NCBI GenBank assembly: GCA_964016885.1
Contig: OZ024740.1
Coordinates: 94,922,001 to 94,986,000, forward strand
DNA: 64,000 nucleotides
Origin: Eledone cirrhosa
Lineage: Eukaryota
Direction of reading: 5' to 3'
In this document: one piece after another, positions 16,968 through 31,159 of the stretch
Numbering within the stretch: the first letter of the stretch is position 1
Layout: every line of letters begins with the position of its first letter
Position numbers and translations under genes: made by a program
The notes under the pieces: model-generated
What the model was told of the DNA's origin: nothing
The model's input: only the letters and a program-made list of their open reading frames with translations
Databases searched by the model: none

Positions 16968-18169
16968 AATTAAGGTAGGCATAGAGATTACAATACACTA
17001 GGAGGGAGCATAATAGTACCCATGATAATGATGCGGATGTGCAACGAAAGAACTTGAAAGACTATATACATATATTTATATCTGTATTTTTATCCGTTGA
17101 TCAATCAATAATAAACATTGTTTGCCAAATAAATTATCTATGGAGATATAAAAGATACAGAAACGAAAACCAACTAAACAGTGAGTGTGTTCTGTTATTA
17201 TTTCTGGCACTATTTTTACGACAATATGACGCTCCCCAAGTATAACAATATATATATATATATATACTAAACAAGGGAGGAGGAACCGAATTAAATTTTA
17301 AGTAAGACATACACTGTATTCATGTGGTATTTCCACTTACTGAGGCCTCGAAAGGCAAGAAACAAATTTAGCCATCTCAGTTAAAGAGCATAATCAATGT
17401 GTGTATCACGTTTCTCTGTCGAGGGTGTCTTCAGCTATATAGACAGCATTTTTACGAAGCCTGAAACACACGTTTTCTTAAAAAGTATGAGTGCAAAATC
17501 ACTGGGTTTCATTTGCCCACAATTGCATTGGTGTCAAGTCCGTAGGAACGTAAAAATTAAATCATTTACTAGAATATCAAAGAAAGTGTGGTAGGAAACC
17601 AGGTGGACCATAAAGCACCAAGGTACTTGATACTTATGTTTGTGTTGTGGGCGTATGTGTATGTATGCGTATATGTGCAATTATATAGGCAAAAGGATAG
17701 TTAGATTCGATCTTCTGCAGAGTTACGCTTAGATATTTTTCTTTCATTGTATATATCTGTACAAAGGCACATATTATGTGTATACGTTTGTATAGAAAAT
17801 TACTTACACTTGAATTATTGTGTTACCATTCGTAACGTTATATCATTTCAGATGAATTTAGATTCTGACACTTAACCTACAATATGTTTTTAACACTTAA
17901 TCTATAATGTTTTTAATCTTAAGTATTAATTAATATCTTAATACAGATATATAAATATATATATACATACATATATATACACTGTATATATATATATGTG
18001 TGTGTGTGTCTGTGGGTGTATGTATGTATGTGTATGTGTGTGTGTGTCTATGTGTGTATATAAATAAAGTGTTCTCTCGAAATTCGAGTTGAATCATAGG
18101 TGTATTGGAATTTATAGAATACGGAGAAACTCAGCGCAAAGAACATTTCCAAAAAGTAAAATGTCGTCA

Positions 18170-18745
18170 AGGACGACGTTCGTTAAACCTTTCGTGGATC
18201 TGAGGAATGAGAAGAAATCGTGGCTGAGGTTTTGGATGAAGAGGAAGATGGAGTGGGCGAGGAGGGGATGGCACGCGGAGTTGAGGCGGAGGAAGGTGGG
18301 GGTGAGTTTGTGGTCACAGTTGCGGATGGTGGAGAGGGAGGAGCGGAGGGAGTTGTGCATTGCGAGGACCGGGTGAGGATACGATGGGTTGAGGTGAAAT
18401 CGGAGTGAGAGGTGTGGAAGTGCAGTCGTAAGCCAACGGGTATGAGGTGGAGGATTAGGCAGTGGCTGGAATGCCGGGTTTTGGGGAAGAGAAGGTAGGA
18501 AATTTGGAGGGCCGAAGGAAGATAGCAGGGTGAGGGGAGGGGTGGGGGAATGTTTAATGCTAGTGTGTAATTGGTGGAGAAATTATTTAAGACTGGACAT
18601 GGTGGGTGCGGACTGTAAAGCAGGGAGGGTGCCGAGTGTAAAGCAGGGAGGGCGAGGGGGTTCAGAGAGGTGATGTGTGTCGTGGCGTTGAAACGAAAGG
18701 GGTAAGTGCAAAAAGGGTTAACAGAGACGCGGGAGGGAAAATCAA
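18170..18745 (-). mobile_element. N-terminal/5' region of a Neptune-like PLE, inverted relative to the adjacent RT fragment
   Basis: Minus strand reads ..SHCLILHLIPVGLRLHFH.. then MHNSLRSSL..HSIFLFIQNL..FFSFL, resembling the PLE N-terminal domain; same C-rich sense-strand bias as 18746-20295. Confidence 0.5.
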
Positions 18746-20295
18746 AGCGAAATTATAAAATCTTTGCCCAGTACACCGGCTCCACGCCCGAACTGTACGG
18801 TCGTTACATCGACGATTGTATCGGAGTCGCGACCCTCACCCGAGAACAGCTCGACTCATTTCTCTCCTTCTTCAGCTCCTTCCATACCTCCGTCCACTTC
18901 ACCACCTCTATCTCCACCACCTAACGCCACTTCTTGGACAACTCCGTCGTCATGTACCCCTCCAACCACTCCCTCGTCACCTCCGCCTTCTTCAAACCCA
19001 CCTCCTCCCACTCCTACCTCGACTTCACCTCTTCCCACCCTACTCCCAACTCCTCCGGTGCCGCCGCCTCTGCAGCCGAGAAGCTGACTTCATGTCCCAG
19101 GCCCTTTCTCTAGTCAGCCATTTCATCCCTCGTCCACACCGCCCTCACTCGCGCTCATGCTGTCAACCTCACCACCGCCCTCATCCCACTCCCCGCACTC
19201 CCACCCACCTTATCCCCTACTCCATCACCTACCACCCCTCCTCCTCCTTATCCCTCCACCGCACCATCCTCCAACTCTTCCGACGCCTCCGGTTCGACAC
19301 CTCCACCTCCTGCATCTTACCATCCCCACCCTCCCTACCTTCAAATGCGCTTGTAATCTCCGCTCCCTACACGTTCACAGCACCCTACCCACCAACCAAC
19401 GTTCTTCTCCTGACAACCCCACAACTAATATTACTAACAACAAAAACCCACCTACATCCTCAACCACACTTCCTGTTGCGCGCGCACCCTACATCTCTCC
19501 ACTTCCGCACTAGCTCACCAGGAATTTACACCACCGGTCATCGTTCCAGCTATCCACTCTACGGCACGTGGAATCTCCAACATCTTGTCTCACACTCCAA
19601 GGAAATACCTTAGGAACATACACATGAACAAACACTTACATTATTTTCGAACCACGCCGCCTACATCCACATCACATATAAACACAAACACACATGTGCG
19701 TATACTCACATACACACACGCAGCTTCCGGACTGCACACAGCCCCTCACCCCCACGGCACTGTTCTATCTCCATCCACACGCACGCACACACCGACTTAC
19801 ACCCCACGCCATGTACACACCGGTTTCCCTTTTACCTAAACATGCAACTCGTTCTGCCCCCAGCTCTCACGTTCACATACAAACACACACACATACACCT
19901 ATACATATAAACAAAGACCATCTTCATCTCTCTCCGATCGGACTCCCGCCTCCCTTTCCACTCTCCACCCCCACACCACCCCTACATGCCTCACGCCCTT
20001 TCACCACTTGTGTGTTTATTTTTATTTTCATTTTTATTTGTTTTTATTTATTTTATATTTCCTTTACTCTCCAAACAATTTTTTCCTCCCTTTTCTCTAC
20101 GCTCCTTTTTAAAAAATGCCTTTCTACCACTCCACCACACACCCTCTGATCTCTCTTCCTATCAACTTTTCTCTTGATGAAGGGCTTATTCCCCCCCCCC
20201 CACACACACAGTATCAAGCTAGAAACTAATACTAATATCATTTGTACTGCCTCTTCGTTTTTCTGTTTTTTTTGTTCTCTGTGTATTTATTAAAC
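18746..20295 (+). mobile_element. Decayed Neptune-like PLE: RT 3' half, linker and 3' UTR
   Basis: YGRYIDDCIG, FLD, FFKPTSSHSYLDFTSSHP, PYSQLLR..RLCS.EADF, IPYSITYHP; TTGATGAAGG..GAAAC remnant near 20174; ends at (TA)n. Confidence 0.8.
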
Positions 20296-20317
20296 TATAT
20301 ATATATATATATATATA

Positions 20318-20402
<85 letters not shown>

Positions 20403-20424
20403 GAGTGTGTGTGTGTATGAATGA

Positions 20425-20980
20425 TGAATTGTACTGAAAATTGGTAATACCCAGAAACATTAGTGTCTGCACTTCGGTTTACAAGCCAACTCAAGAGCAA
20501 GAATGAGGTGTTCATTCTACTTACATGGCTTTTAAAATGAGGCGGGTTTGCATAATTACAAATGAATCGAATATTATTATTAATATTCGAAAATCTCAGA
20601 TTACATTTATTGTATTCTGCCATATAGAGCGAATTTTTTTTTCTAGAATATGGTAAACTCGGCCCTTTATCGCTCGTATACAGGAAACTGACTGGCCATT
20701 CTGCTGATATGCAAATCAGGTCGATCAGTGACTGCGTATATATTAGCAAATATCATATAGTTTCATTAGCTCTGACAGTGGGGAGGTGAAAACAGAACTG
20801 TAATGATGAAGCGCAAAACCCTGAAACATTAGTGTCTGCAGTTCTGTTTACATGCCAACACAAGAGCAAGAATGATGTGCTCATTCTACTGACATTGCTA
20901 TACAAATCCGGCTTGTTTGTATAATTGCAAACAAATCGAATATTATTAATAATTTTCGAAAAACTCAGATTACATTTATG
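20425..20980 (+). repeat. Partial tandem repeat, 369-nt period, each unit headed by a variant HHR
   Basis: GAAACATTAGTGTC at 20454 and 20823; ~180 bp of downstream similarity; second HHR has a 12-bp stem I (AACAGAACTGTA/TGCAGTTCTGTT) and core ATGATGA. Confidence 0.75.
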
Positions 20981-21607
20981 TATAGATATATCTATATATT
21001 GTTTCTCTAAATGTAAATTCCATAAATCTAAAATTTCCTGCTAGGGATGGAATTAATATTTCAATAACTCTAAATCTTCTTTGTGGCAAAGATCAAGGAA
21101 AAACAAGGTCAATGTTGATGATTTCTCCTAAGAAAAAATATCAGGATAGATATTTGTAGAGCCCACCTCGGTCAACTGTAAGGTCACCCAGATTTTCAAA
21201 GCAATCCCAGCCAAACCTTGTATCCACTATTCAAAAGCTCCGGCATAGCATTCGGCAGCAACAACTATCACGTACGTATCCCCACCTCTTCATCTTCTCT
21301 CGCCTCCTGCCTCTACCCTCTCCAATCACACTAAAGCCATTAGCATGACATTCTTTTCTGAAGGATCACATATGTGAAAATTAAATTTGTTTCCCCTCTA
21401 TATATCTATATATATATTTGTTTCGTTATTGACATTATTTTCATTATTTGTACAAATATGCAACTTAACACTATTCTGCATATCCGCAATTGACAATGCA
21501 TTTAATACTGAAACCGGTATTGTAAATAAATTAATGCTGTGAATATCCACTAAAAGTATCTCTTCAACATTTTCTGCAGAAAAAACACTTTTTCCTTTCT
21601 ACTATTT

Positions 21608-21665
<58 letters not shown>

Positions 21666-21999
21666 GGTGAGTAATATTGTAGAACAATAAAACTATGCAT
21701 ATATCAGACAAGTAGCACTCAACAGCTGGTAGAACTGGAGTATATATTAAAGAAGAAAGTAAAAGATGGTTAAAGAAGTTCCATACATTTTATTATGCGC
21801 ATTTAGAAAACAACATCATCCTAGGACAAAAATTGTGTTCTCATCACATAAAATAATGTAACATGATATGACGCCTAAAAACACTTGTCAACAGGAAAGT
21901 GCAATGTCTACATATATGTAGACCTTGCACCTTCCTGTTGGTCTACTTTTATGTATATATATATATATATATGTGTATATATATATATATAGTTAAGGA

Positions 22000-24917
22000 A
22001 GCAGAAAATGGCTTATTGTAATCCAGTTTCATGGACGGTTTGAACGCACAGTTAGGGGTAACTCCACAAGTTTGTAAGAATCGCCTTGAATCATGGAGTA
22101 TAAAGAATAAAAGAGAAAACACAGGTAAGCATTAAAAAAAGGATGTTCTCCAGATATTTACGACCGTTTCATTGGTAGGTGCAACTTTATATCGCTATAC
22201 TGCAAATAGCAGCCACTCAATGATAATTGTTGATCACCTCCAAATTTTCAAAATAATGAATAAGTTACTCGTAAAAGGCTCTTAATATATCAATATATAA
22301 TTATATAATATATAATTTACTAGTATAGAGAAAGAGAGGAAGGGGCTGAATAATTAGGAAGTAGAGTGACAAACGGAGTAGTATAGAGAGAGAGGGTGAA
22401 TTATGAAGTAGAGTCACACACTGAGTACTATAGAGAGATAGAGGAAGGGGGATAATAATTATGAAGTAGAGTGCCACACGGAGTTGGAGGCAGGGGTAAA
22501 GGTAGAAGGATACCTCCATCAGTTTTGATTCGTAGACTTCATGTCGTCAATTTACAGTGTAGGGAGTTAAAGAGAATTAAATTGTTTATAGTGGCAGGGA
22601 TGGAGAGAGAGAGAGAAATATATATATAAATAAAGATAAAGAAGGGGTGAAGATAAAACAGGAAAGAAAAGAAAAGAAAATATAGCAAAAAAGGGAGAGA
22701 AGAAAAGAAGAAAACGAAAAAAGAAAAAGGAATGAACGAGGAGGGAATGACATAGGTATTGGTTATTGTGTGTAATTAAAGGGGTTAGATTCAATAAGAG
22801 GGTATAAAGTCTAAGTATATGCAGTTTGTCAGGTGGTAGTAAGAAGTTAAGGTTTCGATTTGTACTTGTAGTGCGAACATTTTTCTTTGAGTCTATGGTT
22901 ACAATAAATTGATCTTACCATTTTATTGTTGAGTAACTTATTCTTCGAACTCAAAATGTGATACAGTTCAAGGTAACATAACCGATATGGGTGCGCGTTC
23001 GATAATGTTTTCCACTTCAGAGTGTATTGATGGTTACTTTCCCTCAATTGCCAGGTCTTGTTTGCAAGTGTAGTTACATAAGGATGGTGGGAATGTTTCA
23101 TTGCGTAACGGTGTGTAAACCAATGAGCTTTAAATGTATTCCATGTCGCTCTGATGTAATACCATTTCTGGTTATCTTATTCAACTGAGCATTGGTAAAC
23201 CAGGTTACACTGCATACATTCAGTATGGAATGCACAGGTTTCAGGTAGGTCGTATTTACAATTCTTGTCATGGGCGACTTTGGCATTTTTGGTGGGCTGC
23301 GATGCCCGTACAAGTGTGTTACGTTTTGTTTGCCTTCTAGTGGGTGGTCGTATATATGATATTATGTTGTGGTCGATGGTAATTGTATTGTTATTGTTAT
23401 AGATTTGTGTTCTGGTGTTACGTATCGTTTTAGAGTTAGGCATCTTAATGTGTGCCTCTATGTTTGGTGCAGTGGAGTAGGATAGTCTAATAGATTTACG
23501 GATGTTGCTGTATCTACGTGAATCTGGAAAGCGTTTATTTATTATTCTGAAGAAGGTAGAGGGTAGGTTGGTACTAATAGAGGTGTTAAATATGGGGTTA
23601 TACCAAATATATTTTCTACTCCGTGACCTGTTTGATTTTGATGTTGTATTTCTATTTTCAGTATAATTTGTAGTTCTATGCGTAAATGCACGTGGGCGTG
23701 TGTTTCTGGAGTTTGTCTTATGCCTGTTCGTGTGTGCTTTGCGGAGGCTTTCATCTATATATTCTACTCTATCTAGGTGGCCTGCCTTATCTAGTGATGT
23801 ATTGTAGTAATCTGCGTATTCCTCGTAGATTTGTCGGTTAGACAAGACGGGGAAAACCCTAAGGGATATGCTGCGTGGGTCGGATTTAATTATGGAGAGT
23901 GGGTGGTTTGAATTACACTTGATGTATGCTAAGTGTTCATTATTCTTGTGAAAAGGTCTTATAAGTCCCGTATTCAGGATACGCGTCGCGTCTAGAAAGC
24001 TAACTATTTTATTGCTGTATTCATACGTTATGCTAAGGCCTAGTTTCCCGAGAGTCTTTCTAATATTCTTACGCAGTCTTTCATGCTCTGGTTATTTAGG
24101 TTCTTAACTAGGAGAAGGGCTTCGTCTCTATAGATTCCACCGTGAAGGTCGCTGAATTCCCTCTGTAAACTATGGGCTATGTAAATATCTACTAAATCCG
24201 TGACTTGTGCCGAGTCATTAGCCCCCATCGTGATGTCAAAGTTATTTAATCTATCCTTACGTTCCCAATAGGCATTTTCAATTTTAATTATTGTTTTCCT
24301 GGCAGTTAATTTAATTTTTATCTAGTCGTCTGTCAGGTCAGAATTGGCTTTGGCGAATGCTAAGGCTTTATCCAAGGCAGTGGGTGATATAGAGGAGTAC
24401 TAGTCGTTAATGTCAAATTGTATAAACTCAGATACCTTTTTGTTAGCTATATTGGTAAACCCTTTAATTGTTTCGGTAGTGTTACCCCAAAGTTTAATCA
24501 TTAGTTTATTCTTAATTTGTGCTATCACTCTGTCTACTATATGTTTACTAATTTTCCGAATGTCCGATTTGGACGCGCATATATGTCTAATTGTGGTGTT
24601 ATAATAAACATTTACCTTATGCTCCTTGAGGTTGAATGTGGGGGTACATGGCCTAAGTGAATCCATTCTGTCCTCTATTCCTAGGTGTTTGACTATATTG
24701 TGTGTCTCGTTGTTGATGTTTATCATTGCTGTCTCGTTATTAATTACTTTCGTATGAAGCTATTGTATGTATTAATATCCATCGTATACACATTTGAGGT
24801 TTTGTCCGCTTTGACAATGATTCCATTGGTAGTTCGCAGCTTTTTTTAGGAATGTATTCATGCCATTCTGGAGTTTATTATTCCTCCGCTTTTTGAATTT
24901 GATATTCATAATCATCT
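22000..24917 (-). mobile_element. Naiad-like PLE with near-complete decayed RT, linker, GIY-YIG and 3' UTR
   Basis: IVKADKTSNVY, FIQFDIND, DITMGANDSAQVTDLV, GGIYRDE, IWYNPIFN..LSYSTAPNI, LVYQC, TTLANKTWQLR; left boundary approximate. Confidence 0.85.
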
Positions 24918-24930
24918 TCAGTAAGTCCTG

Positions 24931-24978
<48 letters not shown>

Positions 24979-24982
<4 letters not shown>

Positions 24983-25513
24983 AGTGTAATTTTCTACACA
25001 AAACGAGGGTTATAGAGAAAATTGAGGTTGGTAATGGCACATGGAATATATAAGAGACAGAATACTTTTTTGTGAAAAAACATATAATTTTATAAGGTAA
25101 GGAAATAATAAAGGGTATAAAAAATGACCGGTTTCGATGGGTCTGCAAAAGCCATCGTTTCAAATGTTGATTAATATTAAGAAAAATTAATAATACGAAG
25201 AGTTAAAATTTGAGATTTGAAAATTCAAGTATAAAATTCATTGTGGGATTTCATAGTAGTTTTCATCTAGGTAGCAACAACAGGTTGACTGCTGTGTCCC
25301 TTTCTGGTAGTGAATGAGAAGTTATTTGGGTGTGGGTTATTTTATAAAGGTCAGATTTAGCAATGGCCAACTGGCCAGCTGCTGGTCAGTGAGGGGGTGG
25401 AAGCAATATACATACACATATCTTCCTGTGGTGGGTAGGAGAGTGGAGCGTGACAGAAAGGGATTTAGTGCACTTACACCTATATATACACACATACCTC
25501 CATCCACACATAC

Positions 25514-25546
<33 letters not shown>

Positions 25547-26450
25547 TATATATATATATACATATACACACACACATACATATACATACACACATACACA
25601 CACACACATATATACACACACACACACATACATACACACACACACACGCACACATATATATATATATATATACACACACACCCCCACACATACATACACA
25701 CAACACATATATATACATACACACATACAACCATACACACACACACACATATATATACACATACACACACATATATATATACACACACACACGCATATAT
25801 ATATATATATACACATACACACACACACGCACACACAATACATACATCCACATGCACAGACATACACACACACACACATATACACATACATACACCCACA
25901 CACAGAGAAATGGCCTCCAAATATATATATATATATACATACAGACACATATATTTTTTCCATAATATAAGAAGTTGGGACAGTGAAATTAAAATACAAG
26001 TCATTCTGATCACAATGAGTTCTTCATGTAGATTGGGCCCCGCAACCGACAGTGGTGAATTCTGTGTGCGCATATATATATAGATATATGTGTGTGCACG
26101 TGCAGGGTTTAACATGGATGTGTTGGTCACACAAAGGCATGGTCTGTCAACGAATAAACCTGATCCTACAGAATTGGTCTCTGGTATTTAATAGTAGTGA
26201 TTCCGTGCGTATGTGTGTTTATATTTTATGACAATTCTATTGGGGTGATAACCCGTTTAGTTTTGGTTTAAATTTGTTAAGGAATAGATTTTCTTTGTTT
26301 ATTCTTTGTTGCTGTGTGAACGAATCTGAGCACTTGTAGAAGGGGAAGATTTAAAAGTTGGGTAGTGTCTACCTTATAAAATTATATGTTTTGTCACAAA
26401 AAAGTATTCTGTCTCTTATACATTCCATGTGCCATTACCAACCTCAATTT

Positions 26451-26455
<5 letters not shown>
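24979..26455 (-). mobile_element. Short 5'-truncated Neptune-like PLE (EN C-terminus + microsatellite-rich 3' UTR) with inverted tail
   Basis: Minus strand from ~26355 reads KIFPFYKC..QQRINKENLFLNKFKPKLN; 25013-25100 is the reverse complement of 26369-26455; degenerate HHR GATGG..CCATC-GAAAC-CG-GTC at 25122-25168. Confidence 0.75.
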
Positions 26456-26489
<34 letters not shown>

Positions 26490-26574
26490 GCACACACACA
26501 CATATATATATACATATATATGTACAAGCACACACAAACACACATAAACACAGACACTCACACAGAAAAACACA

Positions 26575-26800
26575 TCTACTATATAAGTCCCGTTCTGTCT
26601 GTGTGTGTAAAGTATTATAACTTGCGTATTGTTCACCCGATCTCGCTAACATTTTACACATTGCCAAAGGAGGATGGAAGACGTGTCAATAACAACTATT
26701 TGTTGCATAATTTTTACTTTCAATGAGATAATCGCAATTTTTCTAATCTTTGTGTGACTTTGCGTTACAAATCTTCATTAGTACTGCCGTAAGCAGGTAC
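26575..26800 (+). mobile_element. Helitron 5'-end fragment
   Basis: A|TCTACTATATAAGTCCCGTTCTGTCTGTGTG start; same sequence found at 33076, upstream of the RepHel remnants. Confidence 0.6.
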
Positions 26801-26805
26801 GCAGT

Positions 26806-28455
26806 TCAGAAAGAGAAAGAAGTAGAAAGTGCACAGTAGAAGAGAAGAGAGGGACAAAAAAAAAAGAAAGAGAGACAATTTCTGTAGGAGGGAAACAGCG
26901 ACAGAAAGAAAGAGACAAAGAAAAAAAGGGGAAGATAGAGAGAGAGAGAGATAGAGAGAAAGATAGAGAGAGATAAAGAGAGAGAGAGAGAGAGAGACAG
27001 AGCTGTGTGAGAGAAGGGACTGGCAAAAAGAGAGAGAAAGAAGAGGCTTGTGAGAGGGGAAAGAAAGAGAGAGCGAGACAGTAAGTAACCACATGTTGTG
27101 AGAAGAGAAGCAGACGACAATAAGAAATATTAAACACGATATTAGAAATATATTTTTGTAAATATGACAATATTTTATAAATACATACATGCATAGAGAA
27201 ATCTACATATACAATTGCATGTGTATAGTAAAACATATATGTGTATGTACGCATATGAAAACACGTATAGATAAATGATGGTAGAAGTAAAATACGTATA
27301 TAGTAGTTGATAGACGACTATATACGCACATATAAATAAGAATACATACATACATTAAAATATACAAATGATATGGTAAAATAATATAATAAAAGTTAAA
27401 GATAAAAATAAAAATAAAAATAAAAATAAAAATAAAAATAAAAATAAAAATAAAAAACCTTATGCAAAAAAAAAAATATATATAAATTATAAATGGATAA
27501 AAACAAACATAAAATGATCAAAAAGATAAAATAAGAATAACTATAAAAATAAAAATAATAATAAAAATGAAATAAAACCAAGCATGCACACTTACGGACG
27601 TAAAGACAAAAAACAAAAATAAAAGGCGATGAAACAAAAAGAATAAAACTAACACACAAAAAACTCACTCATAGTAAAGCATGATAAAACGTAGGGCTAA
27701 AGACACAGATTACACACACATACATACATGCATATATGGCGACGTACACAAATATACATATACACACATACAGACATGGCCATTTGAAAGTGTGCGCAAG
27801 GGTAAGGGGTGTGTGATATAGTGAGACACAATGTCAGACAAGGTATGGATACATATATAATAATAAATATAAATAATAAAAATGTATATGAAAAATGAGT
27901 TTGGTGAATCCATACGTACATACATATATGTGTGCATGTATGTATATATATATACATACTACTGTACGTCTGTATACATATATGTATGTACGTGTACATA
28001 CTTATATTTAAGTAACAGCCGTACTAAGAGTGGGAAATGAAATTTGGTTTCATTTTTTCCGAAAAACATTAAATACAGTAAAAATAGTAAGGGGGTGTTA
28101 TAAAGTAAAACAATAAAGATAAGAATGAATATATAAATGTAGATTTATATCTGTACGTATAAGTTTGTATGCATTTGTTTACTCATAACTCCGATAACCG
28201 TGGTACATTGAGAAAGAGAAAGAAGTAGAAAGTGCAAAGTAGAAGAGGAGGGAAACAGAGACAGAAAGAAAGAGACAAAAAAGGAAGCAGATGGGGAGAG
28301 TGAGAGAGATAGAGAGAAATGTGTGTGTGAGAAGGGACTGGCAAAAAGAGAGAGAAAGAAGAGGCTTTGTGAGAGGGCAAAGAAAGAGAGAGATGTCTAT
28401 AGGAGAGAAACAACGACAGAAAGAAAGAGACAAAAAAGGAAGCGGAATGGATATA

Positions 28456-28496
<41 letters not shown>

Positions 28497-28679
28497 ATTC
28501 CGCTTCCTGTTTTGTCTCTTTCTTTCTGTCGTTGTTTCTCTCCTATAGACATCTCTCTCTTTCTTTGCCCTCTCACAAAGCCTCTTCTTTCTCTCTCTTT
28601 TTGCCAGTCCCTTCTCACACACACATTTCTCTCTATCTCTCTCACTCTCCCCATCTGCTTCCTTTTTTGTCTCTTTCTT

Positions 28680-28719
<40 letters not shown>

Positions 28720-28930
28720 AAGAGATACGACTGTGTGAGAGAAGGGACTGGAAATAAGAGAGAGAAATAATAGGCTTTGTGAGAGGGGAAAGAAAGAGAG
28801 AGTGAAACAGTAAGTAACCACATGTTGTGAGAAGAGAAGCAGACGACAATAAAAAAAATATTAAACAAGATATTAGAAAAACATTTTTGTAAATATGACA
28901 ATATTTTATATATACATGCATAGATAAATA
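26806..28930. repeat. Two copies of a GA-rich repeat (26806-27200, 28210-28930); second contains a fold-back 28265-28680 centred on (TA)n
   Basis: Shared cagtaagtaaccacatgttgtgagaagagaagcagacgacaataa; 28265-28455 is the reverse complement of 28490-28680. Confidence 0.8.
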
Positions 28931-28952
28931 CATACATATGTTTATATATGTA

Positions 28953-29020
<68 letters not shown>

Positions 29021-29049
29021 ATCAAAAGAATGGTTAAAAGAGTTACATG

Positions 29050-29120
29050 TATTTTATTATGCGCATTTCAAAAACAAATATCATCATGCGATGACATTTG
29101 CGTTTTCGTCAGATAAAATA
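29050..29120 (-). ncRNA. Intact type I hammerhead ribozyme motif
   Basis: TATTTTAT-CTGACGA-16-bp stem II (one mismatch, loop GCAT)-GAAA-TGCGCA-TA-ATAAAATA; 8-bp stem I, palindromic stem III ATGCGCAT, AUA site. Confidence 0.85.
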
Positions 29121-30080
29121 GGGAGACATGATATGAAGGTTAAAAAACACTTGTGAATAGTGCAGTTTTAAATCAACATATGAAAAGTAGTTTTAGATTG
29201 ATGTGTGATATTGGGAAAAGATAATTGAGGGGGTGGGGGTGGAAAGGATGAACAAGAGGAGTAGATGAGAGTAAATAATGGAGGGGGAGCAGTATAATAA
29301 GGAAGGATGAGATAGGAGGTGAGATGGGTGATATAAAGAGAGAGAGATATGTTTTTATAACTGAGAAAAATATATTGTTTTACAGAGAGAGGTTAAAAAA
29401 ACGTTGGAAGATAATATATAAATTAAAAGAATTTGAAAATTAACGAAGAGAAACATTTTTGAATAATGTTAAATTAAGGTTTGTATATTGAACGGTTTAC
29501 TAATATGTGCGATGAAAAGTAATTGTTAATATGTATTAATAATAATATTAAGTTATGGTTTGAATATTGAAGGGCATAATAATATGTGCGATGGAAAGAA
29601 ATTGTTTATATGTATTATTAAAAAAATATATATAAAAATAGTAATGTAATTAAGGATATATTGTGAAAAGAAGTAGAAGAGCGGATGAATATGTGTAATA
29701 TGCAGGAGTTAGATGAGCATGAAAGGGAGTACAAAATAATGAATTGCGGATGAATAATCTAACGTGAATAAATATGTTTATGTTTACGAATGATTTTTCA
29801 AGGTGATACTATACAGTATTTAAAAGGGTAATATTACATCGTATGGCCTGTGATAGGTTGGAAGAAGGAAGAGTGGATATATTTGGTTGAGTAATAATGA
29901 GAATTGATAAGTATCTAGGAAGAGAAGATACAGATTAGAGGTTAGAAATTAAAAGAAAAAAGGAAAAAAAGAAAGAAGAGGAAGTGATAAATAGGAGTGA
30001 TATAGAATGAATAACTAGTATTATATAATCTATAATAAATAACATTGAAATAAGGTAGAAAGATGGGTATATGTTTAATG

Positions 30081-30129
<49 letters not shown>

Positions 30130-30984
30130 CCTTTGAGAAAAAGGATTTTAAATTGGTAAAGTTTTAGATATTAGCTGTATACTTTATGGAATATTCTGTG
30201 GAATTTATGCCAGCAGAGAGAAAACAAGTCAGTGCGTCTATTTATTATATAATCTAAGTTAGATATAATGGTAAATGTCTCACATAAACAGAGATTACAT
30301 GTCTTGGTTAGAGAAGCAGAACAAACTTTCCTCCAAGAGATGTTATAGTTAATATTTTTGTCTTTCAAGGACCATATGAGTTCTGAGAGTGCCGTGTTGG
30401 TTCTTTTAAGTTGGTATTTAAAAGACGAATTACGATTATAAAGACGAGCTTTAAATGACGTGGAAGTGGAGCAAAAATAGGTAAAGGAATTGGTGTCAGT
30501 TATAACTTTACATTCATAGATTACGTTTTTTTCAAGACAATGGTTGTTGAGAGGACATTTATTTTTAACAGAGCAATTACAATTGCGATTATAGAAATTA
30601 GCAGAGTTATTAACAAGTGACCTAGTGTTATCTATAGAATGAATTGGATTGGAGAAGTTATTTACGATAGTTTCTTGATTTAGATTCGGTTTAAGAACAT
30701 TTAACGAAGTTGCGTTTGAGTTGTATTTGGCTTTGCAGAAATTAGCCTAGACTTAACAATGACGTCGGAGTACTATTACTATCATTATGATATTCAGTGG
30801 TGGAAGGAATAGATTTAGTATTTAGTATGTTATTGTTGTGTTTAGAGATAAAGTTGGAGATGTTGGAGGAGGTCGAATAGGAAAATGTTATATTGTGTTT
30901 GTTAAATATTTTACTATAGATATGTGTGGGAGGGAAGCTTTTATTTAAGGCACTAAAGAATAATTTAGGAATATTATTATTAAT

Positions 30985-31159
30985 GCAGTATCGGTAGAGG
31001 GTCGGACGCCATGCTTTCCAGTATAGTTACGTCCCTTTATGATGTGAGTTCAAATCCGGCCGAGGTTAACTTTGCCTTTCATCCTTACGGGGTCGATAAA
31101 ATAAAGTACCAATAATGTACTGGGTAATTGCTGGCCTTGTGCCTAAAGTAGAAAAAATG
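30985..31159 (+). mobile_element. tRNA-derived SINE (Octopus-type) with 9-bp target-site duplication
   Basis: B-box-like gagttcaaatcc; body gccgaggttaactttgcctttcatccttacggggtcgataaaataaagtacca; ATTATTAAT at 30976-30984 and 31160-31168; removing it restores Naiad SISINNNIPKLFF. Confidence 0.85.
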
